DNA of 64,000 nucleotides from Bacteroidales bacterium (lineage in GTDB: Bacteria > Bacteroidota > Bacteroidia > Bacteroidales > WCHB1-69), in the NCBI GenBank assembly GCA_045600905.1, contig JAZRYT010000134.1, positions 2,930-66,929 of the forward strand. The letters run 5' to 3'. Below, piece by piece: positions 44,708-54,219 of this stretch. The notes under the pieces were generated by a model. That model was not told the origin of the DNA. It made no database searches and saw nothing but the letters and a program-made list of their open reading frames with translations. Position numbers and translations under genes: made by a program. Position 1 is the stretch's first letter; each line of letters starts with the position of its first letter.

Positions 44708-45862
44708 ATGAATTCGACAATTAAAGAAAAAGTCAGCAGATTTAAAGGCGACAAGGTAATACTCATTTTGTTGATAATGCTTTCACTGACATCCATCGTG
44801 TTGGTGTATAGCACGGAAGGCAAGCGGGTGTTGTCCCATCTTGTACACCTTGTGTTCTGTTACGCGGGCTTGGGATTGTGCTATTCCATCAATTATCATA
44901 AGTCAGTCTCCAAATTGGCTCCGCTAGGCATTGTCATTGCTATCGTTCTACTTTTATGGACGTTGTTTTCTTCCGCAGTGCGTGGTGTGACGGTGTTGGG
45001 CTTTGACCTGCAGACCTTTTATTTTATCGGATTCCTGGTGATAATTTTTCTATCTAACTATTTGGGACGCCGTTTGGACAACGGGACTTTTGATTATACA
45101 AAGTATGAAATAAGGTACTGTTCTCTAGTGCTGATTGGTTTTTGTGGAGGAATAGCTTTGCTCAATATGTCCACAGCCATTATTCTCTTTGTTACAGGAA
45201 TGGTGATTTTCTTCATAGCTAGATTTAGATGGAGGCACATTCTCGCTTTGACGGGCTTTGCAGCCTCCGTGGTCTTGGTGCTGGTGCTTTTGGTTTCCAC
45301 GGGAAAGTTGGCCAATGTGGGACGTATCAATACTTTTGTTAATCGTTGGGAATATTATTTTACAAAAGATAATACTGACGGATATGGGGACCAGATGATT
45401 CTCTCTCGTGCCGCCATTGCGCGTTCGGGACTGAATCCCGCAGGTCCGGGGAAAGGTGTTATCAAATATCGGTTACCCGAAAATTCTACCGACTATGCGT
45501 ACGCTTCCCTTTTTGAGGAAACCGGATTGGTGGTGGGGGTGCTGGTTATTTTCTTCTATATCGCTATCTTTTATCGGTCGTGGCAGATATCCCGAAATTC
45601 GAAATCCGCTACGGGCGCTCTACTATCTTTCGGCATTGGCTTTTGGATGACTTGTCAGGCATTTGTCCACATTGGGGTGAACTGCGAATTGCTGCCGGCT
45701 ACCGGTCAGACACTGCCGTTTATTAGCACGGGCGGTACCTCCCTGCTTGTCTCTGGTTGCGCGATGGGAATGCTGTTGAATGTTAGCAAAATGAATGTTC
45801 TCGATAGCCAAAAAGTCGATCCGCGGTCAATGTTTATTCGTGGCGACGACGGAAGAGATTAG
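44708..45862 (+). CDS. ftsW: FtsW/RodA/SpoVE (SEDS) family protein
   Basis: Polytopic. ...GQTLPFISTGGTSLLVS... Position in dcw. The stop TAG is part of the heptamer array. Confidence 0.85.
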   Translation: MNSTIKEKVSRFKGDKVILILLIMLSLTSIVLVYSTEGKRVLSHLVHLVFCYAGLGLCYSINYHKSVSKLAPLGIVIAIVLLLWTLFSSAVRGVTVLGFDLQTFYFIGFLVIIFLSNYLGRRLDNGTFDYTKYEIRYCSLVLIGFCGGIALLNMSTAIILFVTGMVIFFIARFRWRHILALTGFAASVVLVLVLLVSTGKLANVGRINTFVNRWEYYFTKDNTDGYGDQMILSRAAIARSGLNPAGPGKGVIKYRLPENSTDYAYASLFEETGLVVGVLVIFFYIAIFYRSWQISRNSKSATGALLSFGIGFWMTCQAFVHIGVNCELLPATGQTLPFISTGGTSLLVSGCAMGMLLNVSKMNVLDSQKVDPRSMFIRGDDGRD

Positions 45863-45905
45863 GTAACAGGTAATAGGTAATAGGGAATAGGTAATAGGGA
45901 ATAGG
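45857..45905 (+). repeat. Period-7 tandem array, 7 units (GATTAGG/TAATAGG/GAATAGG)
   Basis: gattagg taacagg taatagg taatagg gaatagg taatagg gaatagg. It begins with the same gattagg unit as the array at 19091 and contains the ftsW stop. Confidence 0.9.
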
Positions 45906-45915
45906 TCTGAATTTG

Positions 45916-46860
45916 TTAGATAGATGAAGATAGGGCGGCGGCTCCTAAGATTGCCGTTTCATTGCTTTTCAATTGCGAGAATTGCAGCTTGATTTTTCCT
46001 TTGTATAAAAATAGAAGATTCTCTTCGAAATACTTTTGCAGCGGGCGCATCAGTGCTTCGCCGGCACGGGTAGGCCCTCCCATCAAAAAGATGGCTTCCG
46101 GCTCTGAAAAGGCGGCAGCATTGGCTAAAGCTATCCCTAACCAATAAGCTGTCGTGTCGTATGCCCGTTGGGCTATTTTATCCCCTTTTGAGGCTGATTC
46201 GCCCACATATTGGCAAGTAATGGCATCTAATCCTTCCTTCGTTAGAGAGCAGGGAAAATCGCCCTTTAATACCTCTTCTCGGTAGTTTTGGCAAATGCCC
46301 CTTGCGGAGGCGTACATTTCTATGCAGCCTCTTCTTCCGCAACCGCATAGTCTTCCGTTGGGATTTACGATGGCGTGCCCTAACTCGCCGGCGGCTCCGT
46401 TCGCCCCGTGAAGCAGCTTGCCGTCAATGACAATGCCACTGCCCACACCTGTGCCCAATGTCAACATAATGAAGTTCTGCATTCCCTTGGCCCCGCCATA
46501 GACCATCTCTCCTAAAGCGGCCGCATTGGCATCATTGTCTAATTTGACATTGGTATGGAATGCTTCTTCCAAAGCGGTACCAAGCGGTATTCGTTCCTTC
46601 ATACGAAGATTGGCTGTGTTGGCTTCTATGCATCCCGTTCGGTAGTTGCCGTTGGGCGCCCCGATGCCGATGCCGTCCAAATCCTGAACATCATTGTTCG
46701 CTAACAATTGCCGGATTTTATCAATGATTGCAGAAATGTAGATTTCCGCTTTGTCAAAACTCTGGGAAGGGAGATTCTCCCGCCCGATGATTGTGCCGTC
46801 CATACGAACCAGACCGATGTCTGTGTTGGTGGCGCCGATGTCGATACCGATGGAATACAT
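45916..46860 (-). CDS. ROK-family sugar kinase (glucokinase-like)
   Basis: MYSIGIDIGATNTDIGLV, GTGVGSGIV, and the zinc motif GHAIVNPNGRLCGCGRRGCIEMYAS. Confidence 0.85.
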   Translation of the reverse strand: MYSIGIDIGATNTDIGLVRMDGTIIGRENLPSQSFDKAEIYISAIIDKIRQLLANNDVQDLDGIGIGAPNGNYRTGCIEANTANLRMKERIPLGTALEEAFHTNVKLDNDANAAALGEMVYGGAKGMQNFIMLTLGTGVGSGIVIDGKLLHGANGAAGELGHAIVNPNGRLCGCGRRGCIEMYASARGICQNYREEVLKGDFPCSLTKEGLDAITCQYVGESASKGDKIAQRAYDTTAYWLGIALANAAAFSEPEAIFLMGGPTRAGEALMRPLQKYFEENLLFLYKGKIKLQFSQLKSNETAILGAAALSSSI

Positions 46861-46861
46861 A

Positions 46862-46903
46862 GTTAAGGGTGAATGGTGAATGATTAATGGTTAAGGAGAG
46901 GTT
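46862..46903 (-). repeat. Period-7 tandem array, about 6 units. On the minus strand it reads CCTTAAC CATTAAT CATTCAC CATTCAC CCTTAAC.
   Basis: The plus strand reads gttaagg gtgaatg gtgaatg attaatg gttaagg agaggtt. It abuts the mltG stop (minus strand), in the same gene-relative orientation and unit family as the murE and mraY arrays. Confidence 0.8.
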
Positions 46904-47924
46904 AGCGTTTGATGTGCTGTTTGTTGAGGGCAGCGCGGTAACGGGCTGCATTCTGGGCGTGTACGGCAGCGCTGCCTGTGAAGTTGTGGTAGCCGGACAA
47001 GTCTTCTTTTGCACACATATACAGGTAGTCATGATGCGCATAGTGAAGGACGGAATCAATGGTTGAACCTTCCGGAATGCGAATGGGACCCGGCGGCAAT
47101 CCCTTGTATTTGTATGTGTTGTATGGTGAGTCAATCTGCAAGTCCGCATTTAAGATGCGCTTTCTGGCAAAATCTCCTAAAGCGAATTTCACGGTGGGGT
47201 CGGCCTGCAGCAGCATATCTTTGTGCAAACGATTGATGTACAATCCTGCAATGATGGCTTTTTCGGCAGAACGGAAGTTCTCTTCCTCTACAATAGATGC
47301 CAAAGTGCTAACTTCAATGGGGGAGAGTCCGATGGATTCAGCTTGCTCCTTACGGTTCTTATTCCAGAATGTCTGGTAATACTCGTACATTTTTTCTACA
47401 AATTTTTCTGCTGAAATGTCGTAAAAAATGTCGTAACTGTTGGGAATAAACATTGCGGGAACGGTTGTTGGGGTGAAACCGTATTTTTGAAGATAGGTTG
47501 AGTCGTTTAACAGGGCGGCTAAATCCTCTGATTCGAAAAAGAATTTGCCATCCACTTTCTTGACAAATTGGTCAATGGTGCGGACATTGTTGAAGGCGAA
47601 TTTGACGGGATAGTGCTGTCCGGCACGTAATTGCCTTACCAACTTGAAGTTGCTGGTCTTCGGCTCGATTTTGTAGTGGCCGGGACGCATTGTCTTAAAT
47701 CGCATTGCCTTGACAACTGCTTTGAAAGTGCTTTCATTGCGCAGGATGTTGTGAGTCCGCATAGTGTCCAACACTTGCTCGAAGCTTGCCCCGATGGGAA
47801 TGGTGATGGTAGCCTGCTCGGTGTTTTGGGTGTTGGAACCGAAAATGGATTTTCCGCATATACTGGCTGCTATTATTACTAAGGCGGCAATGACGGCCAA
47901 AGAAATGAGAATTTTTTTCTTCAT
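46902..47924 (-). CDS. mltG: Endolytic murein transglycosylase MltG (YceG-like)
   Basis: N-terminal TM helix. ...LASIVEEE..., ...YNTYKYKGLPPGPI... YceG hallmarks. Confidence 0.85.
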   Translation of the reverse strand: MKKKILISLAVIAALVIIAASICGKSIFGSNTQNTEQATITIPIGASFEQVLDTMRTHNILRNESTFKAVVKAMRFKTMRPGHYKIEPKTSNFKLVRQLRAGQHYPVKFAFNNVRTIDQFVKKVDGKFFFESEDLAALLNDSTYLQKYGFTPTTVPAMFIPNSYDIFYDISAEKFVEKMYEYYQTFWNKNRKEQAESIGLSPIEVSTLASIVEEENFRSAEKAIIAGLYINRLHKDMLLQADPTVKFALGDFARKRILNADLQIDSPYNTYKYKGLPPGPIRIPEGSTIDSVLHYAHHDYLYMCAKEDLSGYHNFTGSAAVHAQNAARYRAALNKQHIKR

Positions 47925-47927
47925 ATC

Positions 47928-48773
47928 TTATAGAATACGTTTGATGATTCGAAGGCGATGTGTGTATTGTCTGATGTCGTTGTTGAAAATTCCCGTTGAA
48001 TCTAATGTGTTGATTTGGACGTGGCCGGAGGCGTGGATGATTTGATTTTGTCCGCAGACAATACCCACGTGAATAATACGTCCTTCTTCGTTTTCAAAGA
48101 AGGCGATGTCGCCGATTCGTGCTTCTTCTACAAAGTCAACGACAGTGCCGATGCTGACCTGCTGTGATGCGTCGCGCGGAAGGTCGATGCCGATGCTGCG
48201 GAACACGATTTGTGTGAATCCTGAGCAGTCAATGCCGGCAAGCGTACGGCCGCCCCACAGATATGGTGCGTTGAGGTAGTGGAAGGCGAATGTTAAAAGT
48301 TGGTCCTGTTTCTCACTAAGGCCTTCGTGCCGAATAACGGGTGCGTTTTCGGTCGGCATTACGGTATAGCTTTTGCCGCCAATGGTAAAAAAACCATTGG
48401 GCGTTTGTGGATAAATAGAACCAATGAGGATGGGGAAGGGGATTTTAGTGCCCGTATATTGCAAATATTGAAAATCGGCACGTACCATTTCTTTAGGACA
48501 TTCCATCCATTGTCTGTATTCCGAATCTGAGATTTCTGTGTGTTGCTTTTGGGCAATCCATCCCTCGTAGTGGCAGTCGGTGGTGCTGATTTTCACCCAT
48601 TCGTCGCAAACTTGCAATACTTCATAACATTCGCCGAAAAGTAGTTGGGATACCATTTCGGAGCGATGAGAAGCTTCCGCGCGCATAGCGGCTGACATCC
48701 AAATGCAAATTCCGTGTTCCATAATGCTGATGTTTTTATGTGACAATGTGCTAATCTGCTCCGTTATTTCCAT
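47928..48773 (-). CDS. NlpC/P60 (C40) peptidoglycan endopeptidase with N-terminal SH3b-like domain(s)
   Basis: YLWGGRTLAGIDCSGFTQIVF (catalytic Cys) ... GDIAFF...IIHVGIV (His). Confidence 0.8.
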   Translation of the reverse strand: MEITEQISTLSHKNISIMEHGICIWMSAAMRAEASHRSEMVSQLLFGECYEVLQVCDEWVKISTTDCHYEGWIAQKQHTEISDSEYRQWMECPKEMVRADFQYLQYTGTKIPFPILIGSIYPQTPNGFFTIGGKSYTVMPTENAPVIRHEGLSEKQDQLLTFAFHYLNAPYLWGGRTLAGIDCSGFTQIVFRSIGIDLPRDASQQVSIGTVVDFVEEARIGDIAFFENEEGRIIHVGIVCGQNQIIHASGHVQINTLDSTGIFNNDIRQYTHRLRIIKRIL

Positions 48774-48822
48774 AAAAATATATTAGAGCACATTAGCACA
48801 TCGATGAATATTCTGTGATTGA

Positions 48823-49275
48823 TTAGAACGGAAGGTCGTCGGGCATACCGTTGTCGGAGAACGTGTCTTCAGCAGGTCCGAGGTCCGGCAATGTGGAAGC
48901 GGGAGCGGTGTAGGCCGTGTGCTGCGTTTGGATGTTGGTAGGATTGAATGCGGTAGGGTCGGGTATAGGAGGCTGTTGCATACCGGGAACGCCCACTTGC
49001 GGATGTTCTAACTTCCAAGCTTTGACGTCGGTGTACCATTTGCCGTTGAATTCTCTTGACTCGAGGTCGAAAGAAACTTTGATGGGGTCTCCGATGTTGT
49101 ATTGGTTGAGCTGGTCGGCTTTGTCGCCCCAGAGGTTGGCGCATATTTTTTTGGGGAATTGGTCTCCCGTTTCAATAACGAATTCCTGTTTCTGCCAGGT
49201 GCTGCCCGTACGAGCGCTGGTGCCTGACTGCATCGGGAGTTTGCTTATAAGTTTACCTGTAATTTCTAATGACAT
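48823..49275 (-). CDS. DUF3127 family protein (OB-fold-like)
   Basis: MSLEITGKLISKLPMQSGTSARTGSTWQKQEFVIETGDQFPKKICANLWGDKADQL...FDLESREFNGKWYTDVKAWK is the characteristic DUF3127 pattern, followed by a Pro/Gln-rich tail. Confidence 0.7.
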   Translation of the reverse strand: MSLEITGKLISKLPMQSGTSARTGSTWQKQEFVIETGDQFPKKICANLWGDKADQLNQYNIGDPIKVSFDLESREFNGKWYTDVKAWKLEHPQVGVPGMQQPPIPDPTAFNPTNIQTQHTAYTAPASTLPDLGPAEDTFSDNGMPDDLPF

Positions 49276-49287
49276 AGTTTTTATGAT

Positions 49288-50274
49288 TTATTTGTTTTTA
49301 TCTTTGTCTTTTTTACCGAAAACGGTGACGTTGATGTAGTTGGACGGATGTGCCTTCACGTCGGTGATGAGGGCATTCAAACTTTCCACCGTTTTGTTGA
49401 TGTTGTTGTAGAGGGCATCGTTTTCCAACAGTAATCCTGCGGAACCTTCTCCTTTTTCAATCTTGGAAGCAATGGCGTTGAGGTTGGCCACTGTGGATTG
49501 TGCATCGTTAAACAACGCTCTGATGTTGCTTTGTGCCAAAGAGTCGGAAATATTGTTCAAGTTGTTGATGATGCCGTTGATTTGCGGCGTGGCATTGCTT
49601 AATGTCGCGCTCAGCTGGTCGAGTTTGGAAACCACGGAACCGACTTTCCCTTCATTGGAGGCGAGGATGTGGTTCAGATGATTGGTTGAGGCTTCCAAGT
49701 TGATGAGGGTGTTTTTCAACATTAAAGCACCGTTGTTCTCGTCGTTGGGAAGGAAGGCGCTTTTGACAGCCAATCCGATGGTGTCGACAGAGGCTATCAC
49801 GCTGGCTAATTGGTCCTTGAGTTCGCCAATGCCGTCGAACATACCGCCGGCAAGGCCGCAAGCCAAGGTGTCTTTGTTGCGCGCCATTGTCTTGGATTGG
49901 CCAATGATGACGTTGACAATCATACCGCCCAGAACGTCTTTTTGGGCGACTTCGAATTTGGAATCGGATGGAATGTCAATGTCTTCGGTAACAAGGATTT
50001 CAGCGCAGATGCGGGTGGGGTTGGTGCTGAGCATGGATATCTTGCTCACTTTCCCGATGGGATAGCCGTTCACAGCGACGGTGGTGCTTTCGTGTAGGCC
50101 GCCAATGTCGTCAAATACAGCGTAATAGTAGGATTTGTGGCTGAAAACATTGAGGCCTTTGAGGAAATTACAACCGAGATAAAAGATGATGGCGGCTACA
50201 ATGCAGAAAATAGCCACTTTCATACTTTTGATGTTTTTAGGGGAGTATTGTTCTTTGTCCTTGTCTGTACTCAT
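49288..50274 (-). CDS. MlaD/MCE-domain protein with long helical C-terminal region
   Basis: N-terminal TM helix. The MCE core is ...VAVNGYPIGKVSKISM... The helical C-terminus is rich in N/L/S. Confidence 0.7.
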   Translation of the reverse strand: MSTDKDKEQYSPKNIKSMKVAIFCIVAAIIFYLGCNFLKGLNVFSHKSYYYAVFDDIGGLHESTTVAVNGYPIGKVSKISMLSTNPTRICAEILVTEDIDIPSDSKFEVAQKDVLGGMIVNVIIGQSKTMARNKDTLACGLAGGMFDGIGELKDQLASVIASVDTIGLAVKSAFLPNDENNGALMLKNTLINLEASTNHLNHILASNEGKVGSVVSKLDQLSATLSNATPQINGIINNLNNISDSLAQSNIRALFNDAQSTVANLNAIASKIEKGEGSAGLLLENDALYNNINKTVESLNALITDVKAHPSNYINVTVFGKKDKDKNK

Positions 50275-50296
50275 ATCTTAGTTCAAAAAATAGGCG

Positions 50297-50304
50297 CAAA
50301 AATA
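50297..50304 (-). promoter_or_regulatory. Bacteroidota -7 promoter box (TAnnTTTG) for the MlaD-like gene
   Basis: The reverse complement reads tatttttg (context tatttttgcgcc), 23 nt upstream of the ATG at 50274 and immediately after the amidase stop. Confidence 0.45.
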
Positions 50305-51507
50305 TTATTTTTTCAGCAATTTGCGGGCTTCGGAAACGGATATTTTCTTATCTCCTTGAAAAGCAACTAGAAAGGCATCCGAATAGACCTCTTTTACCGA
50401 GGACAGAATCTTCAATGCGGCATTGTAATCGGTTTCATTTCCGGCAGTGTATTTCCATATTCCGTTTTCCTGGTAGCAGCTCACATCGGGCAGGTTTTGA
50501 ATGCGTTTGTCGGAGTTGGAAAGTTTTGAGGGAGAGGTCAGGAATTGAACTCTGAAACGAACATCTTGGCATTTATCATCTTCTTTGTTGTCAGAGGCTT
50601 TGGTCTCGTGAACGGCAACTGGTTCAGAGGGCTGGATCTTTTCGGATGCGGCTGCTTCATTTTTCGGTGCTGCAGTCTTGTTCTCCGGCTCTGAAGCGAT
50701 TGGCGTATTGGGAAGCGGCAGATGCTTGTGAGTGGAACCGTTGACAGTCGATAAATAGTCGATAAACGCATTGTATATGGCGACGGCCTCTTTCTGTTGG
50801 TTCGCCTGTTTGACAAGAAAGGTCTGGTCGTTGGCGTTGGAAAGGAATCCCAACTCTATGAGGATGCTGGGCATGGCAACTTTGTACAAGACCCAGTATC
50901 CGGCTTGTCTGACGCCGCGGTCTGTCAGATGCGATGCGGCCAACAGGTTCTTTTGAACTTTGCTGGCCAAAGTAACGGAATTGTTCAGGTATGCTGAGGT
51001 GTAAAGTGAGAAAATGACGTTTGATTCTGGAGAGTTCGGGTCGAAACCGTCATAGTTGTTCTGGTAGTTCTTCTCCTTGAGGATGGCGGCGTTTTCCTTG
51101 CGGGCAACGGCCTGATTAGATTCGCTTTTGTCCAAGCCCATTACGAAGGTCTCCACACCATTGGCTTGCGGACTTTCAGCCGCATTGCAGTGTATTGAAA
51201 TGAAGAGGTTGGCGTGCGCGTCATTGGCGATTTGAGCCCTGCGGTACAACTCTACGAACACATCGGTGCTGCGCGTGTATAAGACCTGCACGTCTGGACA
51301 ATTCTCACTGATGAGTTTGCCGACTTTCAATGCCATATCCAAATTGACGTCCTTCTCCTTGGATGCGCTGCCGACGCACCCGGGATCGTGTCCGCCGTGG
51401 CCCGCGTCAATCACTACTTTGAAATTTTTCTGGGTCGTCTGACCCATCAGAGGACTTCCAATGAAAAATATTAGAAGATATAATAAGAACCTGAATTTTG
51501 AGTTCAT
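50305..51507 (-). CDS. N-acetylmuramoyl-L-alanine amidase (Amidase_3) with C-terminal SPOR-like domain
   Basis: KVVIDAGHGGHDPGCVG ... ISIHCNA ... ELGFLSN. C-terminal FRVQFLTSPSKLS...YTAGNETDYNAALKIL is SPOR-like. Confidence 0.85.
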   Translation of the reverse strand: MNSKFRFLLYLLIFFIGSPLMGQTTQKNFKVVIDAGHGGHDPGCVGSASKEKDVNLDMALKVGKLISENCPDVQVLYTRSTDVFVELYRRAQIANDAHANLFISIHCNAAESPQANGVETFVMGLDKSESNQAVARKENAAILKEKNYQNNYDGFDPNSPESNVIFSLYTSAYLNNSVTLASKVQKNLLAASHLTDRGVRQAGYWVLYKVAMPSILIELGFLSNANDQTFLVKQANQQKEAVAIYNAFIDYLSTVNGSTHKHLPLPNTPIASEPENKTAAPKNEAAASEKIQPSEPVAVHETKASDNKEDDKCQDVRFRVQFLTSPSKLSNSDKRIQNLPDVSCYQENGIWKYTAGNETDYNAALKILSSVKEVYSDAFLVAFQGDKKISVSEARKLLKK

Positions 51508-51551
51508 ACCTTTGGAACTTTTTTGATATTTTTGCCGCTTTTAAAAACTTG

Positions 51552-51559
51552 CAAAGATA
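51552..51559 (-). promoter_or_regulatory. Bacteroidota -7 promoter box (TAnnTTTG) for the amidase gene
   Basis: The reverse complement reads tatctttg (context cctatctttgcaag), 45 nt upstream of the ATG at 51507. Confidence 0.45.
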
Positions 51560-51636
51560 GGTTTATTGTAATCGTATTAGGAACATTGACGGAAAAGATA
51601 TACACAACACGTTTTTCATATTTTTTACGACTGAAT

Positions 51637-54219
51637 ATGATATTAATATTCAGTTGCTTATGCGTGTTTGTCAATGCTCAGAATGTCAAAGGACGACGTC
51701 CGCGTGTGCCTGTCGATACAACGGCACGGGTGATTAACGATACGTCTTCGCAAAATATTGTATCGTCCGATTCCTCTGCTTTGACACCGAAATCATCGAA
51801 GGTGATTTCTCCCAATGCGATTACCTCGATTGTGACTTATAGTGCCAAGGATTCCACGGTCAATGACCTGCAACGTAGATATACCTATCTTTTCGGTGAT
51901 GCTGTGGTGAAATATGAGGATATGGAACTGCATGCGGATTACATTGAAATCGATTTTAAAAACAATGAGCTTTATGCTTCCGGTGTGGCTGACTCCAACG
52001 GAATTGTACACGGCAACCCCGTCTTTGTACAGGGCGAGGATAATTATCGTGCGCAGGAAATCAAGTATAATTTCAATACACAGAAAGGTAAAATCACCAA
52101 TGTGATTACCACGCAGGATGAAGGTTTTATTCATGGCGCGCAGGTTAAAAAGCTAGGTGAAAATGTGGCCTTCTTGAAAGACGGTAAATATACGACTTGC
52201 GAATTGGACCATCCGCATTATGAAATTTCATTCACCAAAGCCAAACTCATTCAGCACGATAAAATCGTCATCGGCCCTGCCTACCTAAGCTTTACGGGTG
52301 TCCCCACGCCCATAGCCATCCCCTTTGGCTTTTTCCCTTTGGAAAAGAACAAAAAGTCGGGCTTGGTAATGCCCTCTTTCGGTGAATCCGCCAGCTTGGG
52401 CTTCTATTTCCAAGACCTCGGTTTCTATTTTGCCATCAATGACAATGTCGATCTGCTGCTTTCCGCCGATGTCTATACGCGAGGCAGCTGGGCTATTAAG
52501 GCAAAAACGGATTACATCTTCCGCTATAAGTGCAGCGGCTCGGCCCAGGTCGGTTTCCATCAGACACGTGTGGGCGACAGGCTTGATTCCACATACAGAT
52601 GTTCCAACGACTACAAAATCTTTTGGGAACATAAACAGGATGTCAAATCCCATCCTACTACTCGTTTCAATGCGCATATTGACATTGTCAGTGCCAATTA
52701 CTCCAAGTATAACCTGACATCCGCCAATGATTACCTCTCCAATCAGTTCACTTCTTCAGTGAACCTTTCAACTTCAGTGAATGATATTTTCTATGTGGAT
52801 GCCACAATGTCTTATTCACAGAACACCAAAACGCATTTGGTGAATTTCAAATTGCCGGATATCAGTATGTCTGTTATCCAGTTCTATCCATTCCGTAAAA
52901 AGAACAAAGCCGCTTCGTTGAAGTGGTATGATAATATTTCCATGAAATGGTCTTCGCAACTTACCGGACAAATAGACACATACGATTCCCTTTTTGTGAA
53001 GCCCCAAACCTGGATGGATTTCAATGTGGGTATGATGCACACCATCCCACTTACGATTCCTATTAAAATCGCCAAACTCATCAACTGGAATACGACGGCC
53101 ACACTGGTTGAAAAGTGGTATTTGCAATCTTATACGAAAGATATGACGGTTGACCCGGAATCGGAAGTCGCGCAGTTGAACCAGTATTTCAAACGTGGAT
53201 TCACGGCGTTGCACGATTTGAGCTTGTCATCTTCCTTGACGACGAAAGTCTATTTTATGTACTCCTTCAAAGCTGGCGGACTGCAGGCAATCAGACACGT
53301 GGTCACCCCGAATTTGAATTTCACCTATCGGCCGAATCTGGCAAATGGGACACGAGGAACATACTTTAACCCGATTACGGGCGAACAGGTGGATTACTCC
53401 TTCTTCGATAATTCGATTTTCGGAACCGTCAATTCCAATACGCAGGCTTTGGCACAACTTTCTTTTGGCAATAATGTGGAAATCAAGGTGCGCTCCCGCA
53501 AGGATACTATCAATGGCTTCAAAAAGGTGCCTATCATTGACAACCTCAATGTCGCTATGAGCTATAATTTTGCGGCCGACTCGTTGAAATGGTCCAAACT
53601 CACGCTGACAGGACGAAGCACACTTTTCAGACAACTTTATCTGACCTATAATTTTGCCTTTGACCCCTATATCATCGGGGAAAACGGACGCTCGGTCAAT
53701 CGTACCGAATGGAAGGTGAACCACAGGTTGTTCAGACTCTCCTCCACCAGCTTGAGTGTGGCTTTGAACCTTCGTTTGGACCAGAATACGTTTAATAAGA
53801 AAAAAACCACCCAAAGCAATAGCACTGATGGGAAATCCAAAAAGACAGACAGAAATCCTTGGTCTCTGACTTTCAACTATACGTTTACGTATGGTATAAA
53901 TGATAATATATATTATTATATGATGCGTGATACCAACCGATATGCCAATAATATGGTCCACACACTTAATGTTGTAGGCGATATCCAAATCACCAAAAAG
54001 TGGAAGGTCGGTTTCACTACGGGATATGATTTCGTCCAAAAGGCATTATCCTATACATCTATAGATATTTATAGAGATATGCATTGTTGGGAGATGAGCT
54101 TGAACTGGATTCCGTTCGGTTATAGAAAAGGTTGGAGCTTCACCATCAATGTAAAAGCCGCCGTCCTCAAAGACGTGCTGAAGCTCTCACCGCACCAAGA
54201 TTACCGAGACAACCTTTAA
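51637..54219 (+). CDS. lptD: Bacteroidota-type putative LPS-assembly protein (LptD/OstA-like large outer-membrane beta-barrel)
   Basis: ATG at 51637 (track start 51523 is TTG) gives signal peptide MILIFSCLCVFVNAQ. OstA_N-like segment YSAKDSTVNDLQRRYTYLFGDAVVKYEDMELHADYIEIDFKNNELYASG. A long beta-strand-rich C-terminal region follows. Stop TAA-TAG lies in the heptamer array. Confidence 0.6.
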   Translation: MILIFSCLCVFVNAQNVKGRRPRVPVDTTARVINDTSSQNIVSSDSSALTPKSSKVISPNAITSIVTYSAKDSTVNDLQRRYTYLFGDAVVKYEDMELHADYIEIDFKNNELYASGVADSNGIVHGNPVFVQGEDNYRAQEIKYNFNTQKGKITNVITTQDEGFIHGAQVKKLGENVAFLKDGKYTTCELDHPHYEISFTKAKLIQHDKIVIGPAYLSFTGVPTPIAIPFGFFPLEKNKKSGLVMPSFGESASLGFYFQDLGFYFAINDNVDLLLSADVYTRGSWAIKAKTDYIFRYKCSGSAQVGFHQTRVGDRLDSTYRCSNDYKIFWEHKQDVKSHPTTRFNAHIDIVSANYSKYNLTSANDYLSNQFTSSVNLSTSVNDIFYVDATMSYSQNTKTHLVNFKLPDISMSVIQFYPFRKKNKAASLKWYDNISMKWSSQLTGQIDTYDSLFVKPQTWMDFNVGMMHTIPLTIPIKIAKLINWNTTATLVEKWYLQSYTKDMTVDPESEVAQLNQYFKRGFTALHDLSLSSSLTTKVYFMYSFKAGGLQAIRHVVTPNLNFTYRPNLANGTRGTYFNPITGEQVDYSFFDNSIFGTVNSNTQALAQLSFGNNVEIKVRSRKDTINGFKKVPIIDNLNVAMSYNFAADSLKWSKLTLTGRSTLFRQLYLTYNFAFDPYIIGENGRSVNRTEWKVNHRLFRLSSTSLSVALNLRLDQNTFNKKKTTQSNSTDGKSKKTDRNPWSLTFNYTFTYGINDNIYYYMMRDTNRYANNMVHTLNVVGDIQITKKWKVGFTTGYDFVQKALSYTSIDIYRDMHCWEMSLNWIPFGYRKGWSFTINVKAAVLKDVLKLSPHQDYRDNL

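Noticed and set aside
12221-51636. N-terminal extensions implied by the ORF-track starts (12221, 16101, 17275, 19427, 25274 on the minus strand, 25703, 26949, 36988, 51523)
   Set aside because: All of these are TTG codons. In each case an in-frame ATG a few codons downstream yields a proper signal peptide or canonical N-terminus, and often sits 15-45 nt after a TAnnTTTG box.
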